The translations under genes and the position numbers were made by a program. The notes under the pieces were generated by a model, which worked only from the letters and a program-made list of their open reading frames with translations, had not been told where the DNA came from and ran no database searches. This document shows, one piece after another, positions 9,989 through 20,707 of a DNA stretch of 64,000 nucleotides. The stretch is taken from positions 3,293-67,292 of the forward strand of contig JAZRNB010000040.1 of assembly GCA_045647985.1 (NCBI GenBank), written 5' to 3'. The DNA is from Acutalibacteraceae bacterium (lineage in GTDB: Bacteria; Bacillota; Clostridia; Oscillospirales; Acutalibacteraceae). Within the stretch, counting starts at the first letter, position 1, and every line of letters starts with the position of its first letter.

Positions 9989-11587
9989 TCATTTTTTTGC
10001 ATCAATCATAATCTGTTCATTTGCCAGGGCTTCAAGTTCATCCGGGTTGCTGCTTTCCACTGCCTTTGACATCATCATACGGCGTGCGAGAAGCTCCTTG
10101 TACATTGCTTCCTTCTTTTCGTTATTAAGATCATAGAAAAGCATAGGAATAATACCCAGTGAGCCTGTAACAGCAGGAATAATGGTAAACATTGCGAACA
10201 GATAGAATTTAACCTTGTCGGTTTGTTCCGTTCCCTTGCGGAATGCATTAACCTCATAGCCAATCATCTTTTTGATCGCGGTTGTAACAACATTACTTGT
10301 GTTTGCGGATATTTTTGCTGCAATATCCTTTGTAACGGAAGCCATAGCCTCTGTACGGTAGCCGTTTTTCCATTCACAATAGTCCATAGCCTCGTTGTAC
10401 ATTTCTGTACCGATAACGGATTTAAGACCGAAGAATAAGGTCCAGATAATTTCCCAGAGAGCCATTGCAACGCCCATAGGCGCAATTTTCTGATACATGC
10501 CGCCCGAGAAATCCTTCTTCATACCGATACATCCGAAGAAGAAAACGGGGATGTAGAGAATGTTTCCTATTTCTTTTGCAAGAATATAAAGCAGACGGCT
10601 GGAGAAATGTCTTCTCATCCAGGGGACCCATGCATAGCTGGCGGGACTTATTGGTGCTGCAGGAATACCCGCAACAAGTGTCATAGATGAAAAATGAAGA
10701 ACATCAGTGTAATAGTCATCCTGACTGCCCTTGATTGCAAATCCGCTTAAGAAGTCAGACAGAGTAATGAGAAGCAGAGGCTTATTATTTATAACTGATT
10801 TTACGGACATAAGGATACCCGGGGATTTGATTGACTGCATAACTCTTTCCTTGGACATGCTGAAGAACCAGAAGGAGGCTGCACTTGAGCAGAACGTTGT
10901 GAATACTCCCATACCTGAAAACAATCCTGTATACGCTTTTGACAGCTGTTCGGAATTATTAAGGTATTTACTTCTCAGCACATCAATGAGGATTGTTACA
11001 GCCTGTTCGGGCAGTTTTTCGCCAAAAAATCCCGAAGCAAAGTTTGCCATTGTGATAAGCCTTGTTCTGTCATTCGGGTGCGGTGTTATGGTTGACATAA
11101 GTCCTGTCCTGGAAATTGTCTGGAACGTTGTTACACCTTCACGGATAACAGTCAGAAAGAGGTAAAATGCAAATTTTACCATATTGGTCTGTGTTGTGCC
11201 GGCAAAGAAGTAGGGCATCAGCCAATACATAGATGTAAGTATACATCCGGGTACTGCTAGAAACAGCAGATATGGTCTGAATTTACCCCAGCGGGTACGT
11301 GTTTTATCAACAATTGCTCCGAAGAAAATATCATTTATGATGTCCCATATACTGTTTATTGAATTGACAAGTGTCTGAAGTCCCAGGTCAACACCCAGTA
11401 TGCTTGTGATAAAACGGGTTGAGTAAGTGTTGATATTGAAGCTTTGTGCAGCATCCCAGATAACAAAACCGAGAGTTTCTTTAGCGCCTACATAACGGCG
11501 ATCCTGAGTTTTCCCCACATAATTCTGTTCATCTCTGAGTCGTAGCTGTTCAAAAGATTTTGCGTTTGAATCTGAATTATTATCCAT
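9989..11587 (-). CDS. GPH/MFS-type glycoside transporter
   Basis: 532 aa and polytopic. The DKTRTRWGKFRPY motif is typical of GPH symporters. Confidence 0.7.
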   Translation of the reverse strand: MDNNSDSNAKSFEQLRLRDEQNYVGKTQDRRYVGAKETLGFVIWDAAQSFNINTYSTRFITSILGVDLGLQTLVNSINSIWDIINDIFFGAIVDKTRTRWGKFRPYLLFLAVPGCILTSMYWLMPYFFAGTTQTNMVKFAFYLFLTVIREGVTTFQTISRTGLMSTITPHPNDRTRLITMANFASGFFGEKLPEQAVTILIDVLRSKYLNNSEQLSKAYTGLFSGMGVFTTFCSSAASFWFFSMSKERVMQSIKSPGILMSVKSVINNKPLLLITLSDFLSGFAIKGSQDDYYTDVLHFSSMTLVAGIPAAPISPASYAWVPWMRRHFSSRLLYILAKEIGNILYIPVFFFGCIGMKKDFSGGMYQKIAPMGVAMALWEIIWTLFFGLKSVIGTEMYNEAMDYCEWKNGYRTEAMASVTKDIAAKISANTSNVVTTAIKKMIGYEVNAFRKGTEQTDKVKFYLFAMFTIIPAVTGSLGIIPMLFYDLNNEKKEAMYKELLARRMMMSKAVESSNPDELEALANEQIMIDAKK

Positions 11588-11670
11588 AATATATCTCCTC
11601 TGAATAAACTGTTAATTTTATGTTAGCAGATGTTGCTTCCGATTACAATAGAAATAATGCTTCCGACTGT

Positions 11671-14600
11671 TTATTTTCTGCTGTCGAGCAGCTTTTTTAC
11701 GTCATTTTTATACTTTCGCCTGTGATTAAGGCTTCGTAAGATGTAATATCCCTCATCCATAGCATATTTATTGTGGAAATCTCCCAGCTTTATATAAAGT
11801 GAGAATGTTCTGTCTATGAAGCGGTCGAGGAATCTTTCAATTTTATTGGGGTACATCAGCTTTTTTGCGTATTCTGAAAATTCATAGTCAAAGCTGCGCT
11901 TTTCCAGTCTGTCAAAATGCTCGTCTCCCTTAGTAAAGGTTATATTGTCTGTTGCTGCTGTTGCGGCAAAAATAACTATATCCTTATCATCGGGAAGTGT
12001 CACTTCATTATTACCGGCAAGAGGAATTTCAGCATGAAAAAGATAAAGCTGCTTTGCAACCATATTGCCGTCTTTTTTATGAGAATGTGTAAAAGTATGT
12101 GCCTGGGGAACGGGGTTAATATAACCTGTAAGACCCTGCTGCATAAGATCCCAATGACCGAGAGCTTTGAAGCAATCGGGGACGGTAATTGTAATTTCTT
12201 TTTTACCGCAGATGAATTTTACTCTTTTTTCTCCCGAAAGAGAAGTAAGGAGAAGATGTATACTGTTGCCATCTGCGGATATTTTACTGCCGTCACATAC
12301 AAGACAGTTCATTTTTTCCTTTGAAAAATTATATTTTACTCCTGCAAATGTAAGAGTATCGGGCGTGATTTCCGTCGGTACCGATATTCCGTCAGCAAGT
12401 GAGGAGCTTTCTGTGTCGGTATCAGACGTGATTCCTCGTGCGTTGAAGCTGAGTTGCAGGGGAGTGGTGCTGTCGGTATACTTTTTCTGACCGTCAAACA
12501 CAAGAGCAAAGCTTCTTATTGAATTTCCTTCAATATCAAAAGAGAGCTTTCCGTCAGTTACGGGATAAGGCTTCAGCTCAATTTCGTCACCTCTTACTTC
12601 AAACGCTTCCTTTACGGGTAAGGGGAATGATGCTTTAACATTTTCTGCCCTTTGTCCCGAGGACTCCGTTACACGGAAAATAATTCTGTCGGATTCCTGA
12701 GCCTTTTTCAATGCAGAGATTCTTACCTTGTCATTGTCAAGCTGTGCAGCAGAGAAGGTATTTTCAGCAGTTCCTTCGTGAATATCCGTAATAAATGTAT
12801 GCATAGGCTGACAGAAGCAGTCTGCATCAGTCTGTATACTGCCGGGATTACCTTTGTGTCCCATTATTGCGAAGGAATAGCGGTTAATTCCCATATCCAT
12901 AATGTGCTGTGAGCATTCCCAACGGTAATTGCACATAGGTGTATGGACTATTGTCAGGCGGAGTGTCGAATTGTCAGGCTTGTCCCAGCCGGTTCTTGAA
13001 TCACTGAAAACAGAAACACCGAAGTCCTCTTTTTCATCTGTGATATCCGCCCATTTCTGAGCAGGTACCTCATAAAGCTTTTCAGTATTTGTCGGACGCT
13101 TTACATATCCTGTACCGATATCGTAATTTGCATTTTCGTTCTTTGCAGTAAAGCAGAATTGTGCCTTGAGAAGGGAAGCCTCCTCTCTCCAGTCTGTTTC
13201 GTTATAAACAGAAACATATCTGCTGTCGGAATCAACAGAAACTATCTGAGTAAATCTTGTTTTTCCTGCAGTTTTTGTAATTTCAAGAGAAATAAGGGCA
13301 GGACCGCAGTCCTTGATGCTTATTGTCGGTGCTGTGGCATACATATAAGGCTTTTTGCTGCAGTCCTCATATTTTATTTCCCAGGCGGGCCAGTCGAAGC
13401 TGTGTGTATTGCTGAGAACAGAGAGTTTTACGGGGCTTTTCAGCAGTTCTTTGCCGAGTGTCTTATCAAAAATCCCTGAAATATCTCCGTTGCTGTCAAT
13501 TTTTACGGAAATATATTTGTTTTCAAGACAGTTTTCAGAAAGTGAAAGTCCGGTATCAATATTACAGTCACATTCGGCTTCTCTTATATCAAAAACCGAA
13601 AGTCCGCAGGAGGGGACTGCAGCAGTAAATGTAATTGATCTGCGGTTTTCTGAGATAATTTTGACCTGAGAGGGAAGCTCATTACCGTTTCTGTCAAAGA
13701 CTGAGAAAAAAGCCTTATCGGAATTTATTGTTACACTGACGGCTTCTTTTCTGTCGCTTATCCCTTGTACGGGATTTGATACCACAACGGGAATACCCTT
13801 GCAGAAGGATGTGTCAAGCTGAGAAGACAGTGCCTTACAGGCTGCGGTGTATTCCTCCGAAAAGGTGTTCAAGGACTGTATATAATCATTGTGATTTCTG
13901 TTGTAGCACTTTTCGAATGATGTTCCTGTTATATCATCATGGAAATGATGGGCAATCACACGCTTCCATGCGTTGTCAAGGCTTTCAGAAGGATAATCTG
14001 CCAGACCTTTTATATATGCGGCTGTTGAATATCTTTCTGCTGCATCTGCAAGAAGCTCACATCTTCTGTTCCATCTTTTTGTAACTGTTCGTGAGGTATA
14101 GCTTCCTGCTCCGTGAGCGGTTAGAAGAAATTCTCCGTTATATACGGGCATATTTTCCTTTTTCGCATCACTCATATTTTCGAGCATCTGAAAATATTCC
14201 TTTGTTGTTGCTGAGTAAACCTCTGTTTCGGCGGTATTGTTGCTTCTTTGCGCCTTAATCACGTTTTTTACCGAAGATGTGTGGGGAGAACCGCCTCGGT
14301 CACCGACTCCGTGATATACGAAGGTGAAGTCGGGAAGCTTCTTCTTTCTGTTCTCCTCCATTTTTTCAAGTATCCTTTTTGCTTTGTGCATCGGACCGAA
14401 GGCTGTTGTATATGCAAAGGGCATAATTGCAGCCCATACTCCTTTTCCATCTGCACCTGTCCATTTTCCAGTGTCAAAGGGAACGGGGACGGAGCTTCCC
14501 CACAAAAGCTTACCCGTAGAAAAGCCCGTAAGTCCCGAATGAGCAGCAACTGTCGGAAGAGCTTTGCCGAAGCCGAAGCAGTCCGGCAAAAATATGTCAT

Positions 14601-14964
14601 TTGATTCTGTGCCGAATTCCTTTCTGAAATATCCGTTGCCGTACATAATATTTCTTGTAAGAGCCTCAGGGGAAGGAATATTTACGTCGCCGTTTTCATA
14701 ACAGGCACCGTTAGGATTCCATCTTCCGTTTTTTATGTATTTTTTCAGTTTTTCGTATTCCTCTGGATAGTATTCTTTTATAAGCTCATATCTGAGACTG
14801 CCCTCAAAATTGAATTTATATTCGGGATAGGCTTCAAGCAGACTGAAATTCCGTTTCAGTGTATCGGGAATGTATTCAGTTATTGTCTGTTCAAGTGTCC
14901 ACAGCCAGGAGGTATCAAGATGTGCGGTTGCGATTGTAAAAATCTGCGGTTTATTCTTTTCCAT
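11671..14964 (-). CDS. GH38 alpha-mannosidase
   Basis: 1097 aa. The N-terminus IATAHLDTSWLW, HHFHDDITGTS and the overall size are typical of bacterial GH38 enzymes. Confidence 0.85.
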   Translation of the reverse strand: MEKNKPQIFTIATAHLDTSWLWTLEQTITEYIPDTLKRNFSLLEAYPEYKFNFEGSLRYELIKEYYPEEYEKLKKYIKNGRWNPNGACYENGDVNIPSPEALTRNIMYGNGYFRKEFGTESNDIFLPDCFGFGKALPTVAAHSGLTGFSTGKLLWGSSVPVPFDTGKWTGADGKGVWAAIMPFAYTTAFGPMHKAKRILEKMEENRKKKLPDFTFVYHGVGDRGGSPHTSSVKNVIKAQRSNNTAETEVYSATTKEYFQMLENMSDAKKENMPVYNGEFLLTAHGAGSYTSRTVTKRWNRRCELLADAAERYSTAAYIKGLADYPSESLDNAWKRVIAHHFHDDITGTSFEKCYNRNHNDYIQSLNTFSEEYTAACKALSSQLDTSFCKGIPVVVSNPVQGISDRKEAVSVTINSDKAFFSVFDRNGNELPSQVKIISENRRSITFTAAVPSCGLSVFDIREAECDCNIDTGLSLSENCLENKYISVKIDSNGDISGIFDKTLGKELLKSPVKLSVLSNTHSFDWPAWEIKYEDCSKKPYMYATAPTISIKDCGPALISLEITKTAGKTRFTQIVSVDSDSRYVSVYNETDWREEASLLKAQFCFTAKNENANYDIGTGYVKRPTNTEKLYEVPAQKWADITDEKEDFGVSVFSDSRTGWDKPDNSTLRLTIVHTPMCNYRWECSQHIMDMGINRYSFAIMGHKGNPGSIQTDADCFCQPMHTFITDIHEGTAENTFSAAQLDNDKVRISALKKAQESDRIIFRVTESSGQRAENVKASFPLPVKEAFEVRGDEIELKPYPVTDGKLSFDIEGNSIRSFALVFDGQKKYTDSTTPLQLSFNARGITSDTDTESSSLADGISVPTEITPDTLTFAGVKYNFSKEKMNCLVCDGSKISADGNSIHLLLTSLSGEKRVKFICGKKEITITVPDCFKALGHWDLMQQGLTGYINPVPQAHTFTHSHKKDGNMVAKQLYLFHAEIPLAGNNEVTLPDDKDIVIFAATAATDNITFTKGDEHFDRLEKRSFDYEFSEYAKKLMYPNKIERFLDRFIDRTFSLYIKLGDFHNKYAMDEGYYILRSLNHRRKYKNDVKKLLDSRK

Positions 14965-15123
14965 ATATTTTCTCCCCGTGTTAATAACTATTATACTAAA
15001 TCTATCATAAATAAAATAATTTGTCTATATATACTGCACATTTTTGGTTTTTACTTGTATTATAAGAAAAAAAACTGTATAATTGATATGAATAACTATA
15101 TTTGTCGGACGGAGACAAGAAAA

Positions 15124-16599
15124 ATGACGGTAAACGAATATCTGAAGCTCATTGATGAGGTTAATGAAAACGGAAAGTATAAGCCCCGTTGGGATTCCCT
15201 TTCGCATCATAATGTACCCTCCTGGTATATGAATGACAAGGTCGGTGTATTTATCCATTGGGGTGTTTATTCTGTGCCTGCATACGGAAATGAATGGTAT
15301 TCAAGAAATATGTACGGAAAAGAATCTCCCGAATATGAGCATCATATAAAAACTTACGGTGCTCATAAGAATTTCGGTTACAAGGATTTTATTCCTATGT
15401 TCAAGGCAGAAAAATTTGATGCCGCCGAATGGATAGATCTTTTCAGAAGGGCAGGCATAAAATATGTTATGCCTGTAGCAGAGCATCACGACGGATTTGC
15501 TATGTACGATACAGAGTTTAACCATTGGAATTCCGTGAATATGGGTCCCTGCCGTGATGTTACGGGAGAATTGAAGGCAGAGTGCGAAAAAAACGGTCTT
15601 ACCTTCTGTGCATCAACCCACAGAGCAGAGCATTATTTCTTTATGAATATGGGAAGAACCATAGACAGTGATGTAAATGATGAAGAATACCGTGATTTCT
15701 ATGGTCCCGCAGTTTACTGTGATCAGTTTGACTCAAGAGTTCTCGGTGAAACAACGGAAAACCCCCACACCGTAGGTGCAAGTAAGGAATGGCTTGAGGA
15801 CTGGCTTGTCCGCACCTGTGAGCTTGTTGACAGATATCAGCCCTCTGTGCTTTATTTTGACTGGTGGATTCATAACCATTCCTTCAAGCCTTATCTTAAG
15901 AAGCTTGCTGCGTATTACTATAACCGCGCAGAGGAATGGGGTAAAGAGGTTACAATAAACTACAAGCATCAGGCATTTCCTCCTACGGTTGCAGTTTTTG
16001 ATGTTGAACGAGGAGCGCTTACAGATATTTCGCCTTTGTACTGGCAGACGGATACTGCTATCGGTAAGTATTCCTGGGGCTACAGAAAGGACAATAAGTA
16101 TAAAAGTGCACGTCAGGTAATCTGCGATCTTGTAGACATTGTTTCAAAAAACGGCAATCTGCTTATCAATATAGGTCCCCGTGCAGACGGAACAATTACC
16201 GAAGAAGAAACAGAGGTACTTCTTACAATGGGTAAGTGGCTCAGTATAAACGGCGAAGGCATTTACGGTACAACCTTCTGGAAGCGGTTCGGCGAAGGAA
16301 GTGTCAATGCCGAGGCAGGTTTTTTCAAGGACGGAGACGAAAAGCAGTTTACCTCCGAGGATTTCAGATTTACATATAAAAACGGATATCTTTATGCTTT
16401 CCAGATGCGTCCTTCAAGGAATGTAAAAATAAAGACACTTAAAAAGCAGGGAATGCACGATTATTTTATTGAAAGTATTACACTTCTCGGAAGTGATGAG
16501 GAGATTGATTTCGTCAGAAATGAAGATTGGCTGGAGATTAACTTAAAGAGTGTAATTGAAACAGATTTACCGATTTGCTTCAGAATGGAAATCGGGTGA
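15124..16599 (+). CDS. GH29 alpha-L-fucosidase
   Basis: GVFIHWGVYSVPAYGNEWYSRNMY and EHHDGFAMYDT are classic GH29 motifs. ATG 15124 follows a GGAG RBS. The longer ORF-track start at 14920 overlaps the GH38 gene. Confidence 0.85.
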   Translation: MTVNEYLKLIDEVNENGKYKPRWDSLSHHNVPSWYMNDKVGVFIHWGVYSVPAYGNEWYSRNMYGKESPEYEHHIKTYGAHKNFGYKDFIPMFKAEKFDAAEWIDLFRRAGIKYVMPVAEHHDGFAMYDTEFNHWNSVNMGPCRDVTGELKAECEKNGLTFCASTHRAEHYFFMNMGRTIDSDVNDEEYRDFYGPAVYCDQFDSRVLGETTENPHTVGASKEWLEDWLVRTCELVDRYQPSVLYFDWWIHNHSFKPYLKKLAAYYYNRAEEWGKEVTINYKHQAFPPTVAVFDVERGALTDISPLYWQTDTAIGKYSWGYRKDNKYKSARQVICDLVDIVSKNGNLLINIGPRADGTITEEETEVLLTMGKWLSINGEGIYGTTFWKRFGEGSVNAEAGFFKDGDEKQFTSEDFRFTYKNGYLYAFQMRPSRNVKIKTLKKQGMHDYFIESITLLGSDEEIDFVRNEDWLEINLKSVIETDLPICFRMEIG

Positions 16600-16625
16600 A
16601 ATATAAAGATTAAGGATGATTATTC

Positions 16626-18314
16626 GTGATTGATATAAAAGGTTACCTGCTTTCGGGATACGGCGGATTTGTAGGTGTATGCGAGCATATAAAACTGAAT
16701 ATATATTCCCGCAGAGGACTTAAAATGCAGGAGAAAACCGTAAGAAGGCTTATGCGCTGGAATAAGTCAACCGTATACGGGAAGCTGAATAATTTTGATA
16801 AGGTAAAATCAATTGCAGACTATCAGAGAATAGTTCCCCTTTCAACCTATGCCGATTATGATGAATATGTATGGCGTATGGCAGACGGAGAGAAAGGTCT
16901 TATTACAAATCTTCCCGTAAGACGTTTTACAGAAAGCTCGGGCAGTACGGGAAAATCAAAGCTCGTACCTTTGTCATTCTGGGCAGAGTGGGTAGCACAG
17001 TGCTTCGGCTTTTCCGCCCCTATAGGCTGTGCAGTAAAATGGTTTTTCAGGAAGGGAAGAGCTCTTCCTCCCCAGAAGGGACTTCTGACTGCGGAAACCT
17101 CCTGGCGTAAGGTAAAGGGAGGAACAATCAGCTGCCTTTCTTCTGTGCCGCTTCTTAATATACGTCCTCTGGTGCCTCTCTTCGCAACTTCCCCCAAGGA
17201 GGTGCTTTTCCCCGACGGCTCGGATATGGATATGCACTACTTAAAGCTGAGATTTGCTCTTATAAATAAAAAAACAAGCTATCTCGGAACAATTTTTATT
17301 ACTACGCTTGAGTCAATGTTCTTTTATATGGAAGAAAACTGGGAAATGCTTTGTGATGATATTGAAAAGGGCATAATAAACGAGAATGTGAATGTGCCTG
17401 ATCATATCAGAAAGAAGCTTAACAAAAAATTAAAGCCTATGCCGAAAAGAGCTGAAGAGCTTCGTGCTGAATTCAGAAAGGGCTTTGATGAATCCCCCAT
17501 AATTCCGAGAATTTTGCCTAAGGTTCAATGGCTTTACGGAATGGGAACAGGTGCGCTTTCTCTTTATTCTAAGAAGCTTCGCAGGTACATAGGTGAGGAT
17601 ATGCCTATCCATTACCTTGGTTATACTGCAACAGAGGCATTTATGGCGGTGCCTATGGAGCTCAATTCCTTTGAGTATGTTATGCTTCCGCAGAACGGTT
17701 TTTACGAATTCCGTCCGATAGAGCAGGAGGGCTATGACAATTTACTTACAATAAAGGATCTTGAGCCCGGCAAAGAGTATGAATTGATTCTTACAAATAT
17801 GAGCGGCTTTTACCGTTACAGAATTGAAGATGTGGTAAAATGTACAGGATATTACTATCAGGTGCCGAAAATTACCTTCTGTTACCGACTTAATCAGATT
17901 GCCAACATAAGCGGTGAAAAAATCAGTCAGATGGCATTTGATGAAATTGTGGAGAATCTTTCAGAGGCTATGGATGATTTGTATATAGGCTATAGTATTT
18001 ATCCCGATCGCTCAACCTCTCCCGGACATTATGTGCTTCTTGTGGAAACCGCAACTCCTGTTACGGATGAAAAGAAGGCCGTTTATAATGAAACCTTCGA
18101 GAAGATGCTCTGTAAGGGTAATGTTTCCGTAGAGCCTCTTATAAAAAGCGGAGCTTTGGGACATCCTGTGGTAAAATTCCTCCGCCGCGGTACTTATGAT
18201 GATTACAGAGAGGTGCTCAGAAAACGCGGTGCAAACTTAAACCAGGTAAAGCCTATTAAGGTTATTGATAATGATGAGAAGAAGGAGTTCTTTTTCTCTC
18301 ATATTGAAGAATGA
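16626..18314 (+). CDS. Bacterial GH3-family (auxin-responsive GH3-like) acyl-acid amido synthetase / adenylating enzyme, copy 1
   Basis: The TESSGSTGKSKLVP P-loop resembles the GH3 SSGTTxGxxK motif. GFYRYRIEDVV is present. It is a paralog of the ORF at 25925-27616 along its whole length. Confidence 0.7.
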   Translation: MIDIKGYLLSGYGGFVGVCEHIKLNIYSRRGLKMQEKTVRRLMRWNKSTVYGKLNNFDKVKSIADYQRIVPLSTYADYDEYVWRMADGEKGLITNLPVRRFTESSGSTGKSKLVPLSFWAEWVAQCFGFSAPIGCAVKWFFRKGRALPPQKGLLTAETSWRKVKGGTISCLSSVPLLNIRPLVPLFATSPKEVLFPDGSDMDMHYLKLRFALINKKTSYLGTIFITTLESMFFYMEENWEMLCDDIEKGIINENVNVPDHIRKKLNKKLKPMPKRAEELRAEFRKGFDESPIIPRILPKVQWLYGMGTGALSLYSKKLRRYIGEDMPIHYLGYTATEAFMAVPMELNSFEYVMLPQNGFYEFRPIEQEGYDNLLTIKDLEPGKEYELILTNMSGFYRYRIEDVVKCTGYYYQVPKITFCYRLNQIANISGEKISQMAFDEIVENLSEAMDDLYIGYSIYPDRSTSPGHYVLLVETATPVTDEKKAVYNETFEKMLCKGNVSVEPLIKSGALGHPVVKFLRRGTYDDYREVLRKRGANLNQVKPIKVIDNDEKKEFFFSHIEE

Positions 18315-18326
18315 CGGAGTATACAT

Positions 18327-19700
18327 ATGGATTTTGAATCACTGCGGGAATACCTTTTATCAAAGGGGATTTCTGATGAAAAGGTAATTGCTGATCTTTT
18401 TGAATATAAAAGCTTGCATCCCGTTACATACAGCAAAAGGCTTCCTGCCGAGATGTATGATAAGGTTAATCTTATGTGCAGGAATTATATGGACAGACTT
18501 GCCCGTTTTGAAATGGACTACGATTTTGTTGTAGATGCTGAAAAGTTTAAAACTGTTGCACTCTGCTGTCTTGAAACTGTGCTTATTCTTCGCTCTCAGG
18601 TAATAAATCATCCTGTTGCTCCTTATTGGAGAGTTTCCGACTATGATATTTCTGATTTCATAATCGAAAAAGAGGTTGAAGATATAGCTGCTGCCCGTGA
18701 AGAGTTTTTCTCACGGCAGATTCCTCTTGAAAGCAATGTTCAGATGAATATAGGACTTTTTTACTGTAAGGGTAAAACTTATGTTCTTTTTATCTGGAAT
18801 CATATGTGCTTCGACGGCGGCGGATTTAAAATGTTCTGGAGTGATTTCTGCAGAAATTATACAGATTATAACCTTTACGGTATTTCACCTGTCAAGTTTT
18901 CTGTCGGTTCCCGTATGTATACCGAGGTGTACAAGGATTTTGATAAGAAAACCTTAAAGCGTGCAAAATCGCAGCTTGCAAATGTTTCTCCGCGGGTAAA
19001 GCACAGATTTCCTTTTACTCCCGTAAGCGGTGACGAAAAGGTTATTATTGTGTCACGAAAAATTGAGGCTCAGTATTTTGAAAAAGCAAAGGCTTATCTG
19101 AAAACCGTCGGGGCAACGGTAACCGATCTTCTTCTTGCTTCTTATATTGATGCTCTCGGAAAGATTTCGGGGCTTACAGACTCCGACAGCATAAGTGTTG
19201 CCTGCGCAACAGATTTAAGGCGTCATATGAAGGATCTGTATGATATCGGTTACACGAACCATGTGTCATTTATGCACTGTGCAATTGATAAAAAGGGGAG
19301 AGATCTCAGGGAGACACTTGTGCTTGTAAGGGATAAAACAAGGGAACTGAAGAATGATGAATTTATTGGTCTTCATGGTCTTCCTCTTCTGAATGCGGCA
19401 TATAAATCAATGTTTTATTTCCAGGCAGAAGCAATTGTAAAGCTTTTTTACAATAACCCTGTTTTATCGGTAAGTAATGTGGGACTTATTAATCCTTCTC
19501 AGTTTCCGTTGGGAGAAAACGGTCCCTTTGATGCCTTTGTTGCAGGAGCTGCTAAGAATAAGCCCTGTGCTGTTATGACCGCTCTTTCAATCGGCGGAAA
19601 TCTTTCTGCCTCAATGTGTCTTCGCGGTAATGAAAAGGACCGAGAAATTCTTGAGAAATTTTTCACTGAATTTGAAAGAAATATAAAATCATTCACATGA
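18327..19700 (+). CDS. Condensation-domain-like acyltransferase (HxxxDG motif)
   Basis: NHMCFDGGG matches the HxxxDG catalytic motif of the NRPS condensation / WS-DGAT / PapA superfamily. Its length of 457 aa suits a stand-alone C domain. It starts 12 nt after the GH3 gene. Confidence 0.5.
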   Translation: MDFESLREYLLSKGISDEKVIADLFEYKSLHPVTYSKRLPAEMYDKVNLMCRNYMDRLARFEMDYDFVVDAEKFKTVALCCLETVLILRSQVINHPVAPYWRVSDYDISDFIIEKEVEDIAAAREEFFSRQIPLESNVQMNIGLFYCKGKTYVLFIWNHMCFDGGGFKMFWSDFCRNYTDYNLYGISPVKFSVGSRMYTEVYKDFDKKTLKRAKSQLANVSPRVKHRFPFTPVSGDEKVIIVSRKIEAQYFEKAKAYLKTVGATVTDLLLASYIDALGKISGLTDSDSISVACATDLRRHMKDLYDIGYTNHVSFMHCAIDKKGRDLRETLVLVRDKTRELKNDEFIGLHGLPLLNAAYKSMFYFQAEAIVKLFYNNPVLSVSNVGLINPSQFPLGENGPFDAFVAGAAKNKPCAVMTALSIGGNLSASMCLRGNEKDREILEKFFTEFERNIKSFT

Positions 19701-19703
19701 AAA

Positions 19704-19738
19704 GACCGCCCCTCAAAAAGTGGGGCGGTGATCTTTTA
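19704..19738. terminator. Bidirectional terminator between convergent genes
   Basis: Stem gaccgcccc / ggggcggt with an A-rich loop, followed by gatctttt. Confidence 0.6.
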
Positions 19739-20569
19739 TATGTTCAGCAGTATGAGTGAAATGATTATGAGGCTTAATGCAAGCCACTGTATTTTTGTTA
19801 ATTTTTCTTTGAATGCCATAACACCCACCAATGTTACCATGAGAATAGTTGCAACCGAGAATGTCGGATATATAACAACTGCGGGGATGGCTGTGAGAGC
19901 TGAAATCAGGAATTTTGATGAGAAGAAATTCGGTATTCCAATTAAGGCGCCGAATAAAACATCTTTTATTGCGGGCTTTTCTTTTTTTAGTATGATAATA
20001 GTTAAACAAATGATGAATGAGGTTGCAAAAGTATAAAATAAGAACTGATTGGTAAGTGATTCAGGCCCCCAATATTCATAAACCTTAGACATCGCATCAG
20101 CACTGCCTCCGAAAAGAAGCAAAAGAATGAGGCTTATGCTGAAATTTTTAATTGAACTGCCTTTTTTCAGATTTATAAGAATAATTGCGATAACCGCAAT
20201 AACAAATCCTGCAATCTGAATTGCAGAGGGGATTTCACTGAAAAACAGTACGGAAAGCACAATGGGTACTAAAAGTCCTAATTTCATAAAAATTGAAGAA
20301 AGTACAATTCCGTGCTTTGCTGTATTTAACTGCAAAAGCAAAAAGCTTACAAGATAAAGCACACCGTTTATTAAACCAAAGCCTAATACTTTTCCGGCAT
20401 CGTTTGCAATCGGTATTATGTTAAAACCGGTGTATATTGCACCGCATAAGGTACAAACAGAATAATTCGCTGCAAGCATTGAAAGCCTACCTTTAACATT
20501 ATCTGAACTTATTCGCATTATTATTGAGATAAGGGAACTGCAAAGTATTGCAAGAATTAAAAATACCAT
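19736..20569 (-). CDS. Polytopic membrane protein (DMT/EamA-like transporter candidate)
   Basis: 277 aa and about 9-10 hydrophobic segments with two-fold internal symmetry. No diagnostic motif was recognised. Confidence 0.4.
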   Translation of the reverse strand: MVFLILAILCSSLISIIMRISSDNVKGRLSMLAANYSVCTLCGAIYTGFNIIPIANDAGKVLGFGLINGVLYLVSFLLLQLNTAKHGIVLSSIFMKLGLLVPIVLSVLFFSEIPSAIQIAGFVIAVIAIILINLKKGSSIKNFSISLILLLLFGGSADAMSKVYEYWGPESLTNQFLFYTFATSFIICLTIIILKKEKPAIKDVLFGALIGIPNFFSSKFLISALTAIPAVVIYPTFSVATILMVTLVGVMAFKEKLTKIQWLALSLIIISLILLNI

Positions 20570-20707
20570 ATGCTACTCCAAACCTTTTTTTGACTTAAAT
20601 TATAACAGAACTATTTATGTTTTTCTACTGTAAGTTTGATATTCCATATTTACAGTTTTTTTTATTTGTGGTATATTTTTTGTAGTTTTATGAATGGACG
20701 ATAAATT

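Noticed and set aside
14920-15123. Long N-terminal extension of the fucosidase ORF in the six-frame track. Analogous extensions occur at 40281-40346, 25169-25207, 25868-25924, 37438-37476 and 53519-53566.
   Set aside because: The extension overlaps the start of the divergent GH38 gene and is AT-rich with no homology. An internal ATG with a proper GGAG-type RBS gives a protein that starts where family homology or a signal peptide begins.
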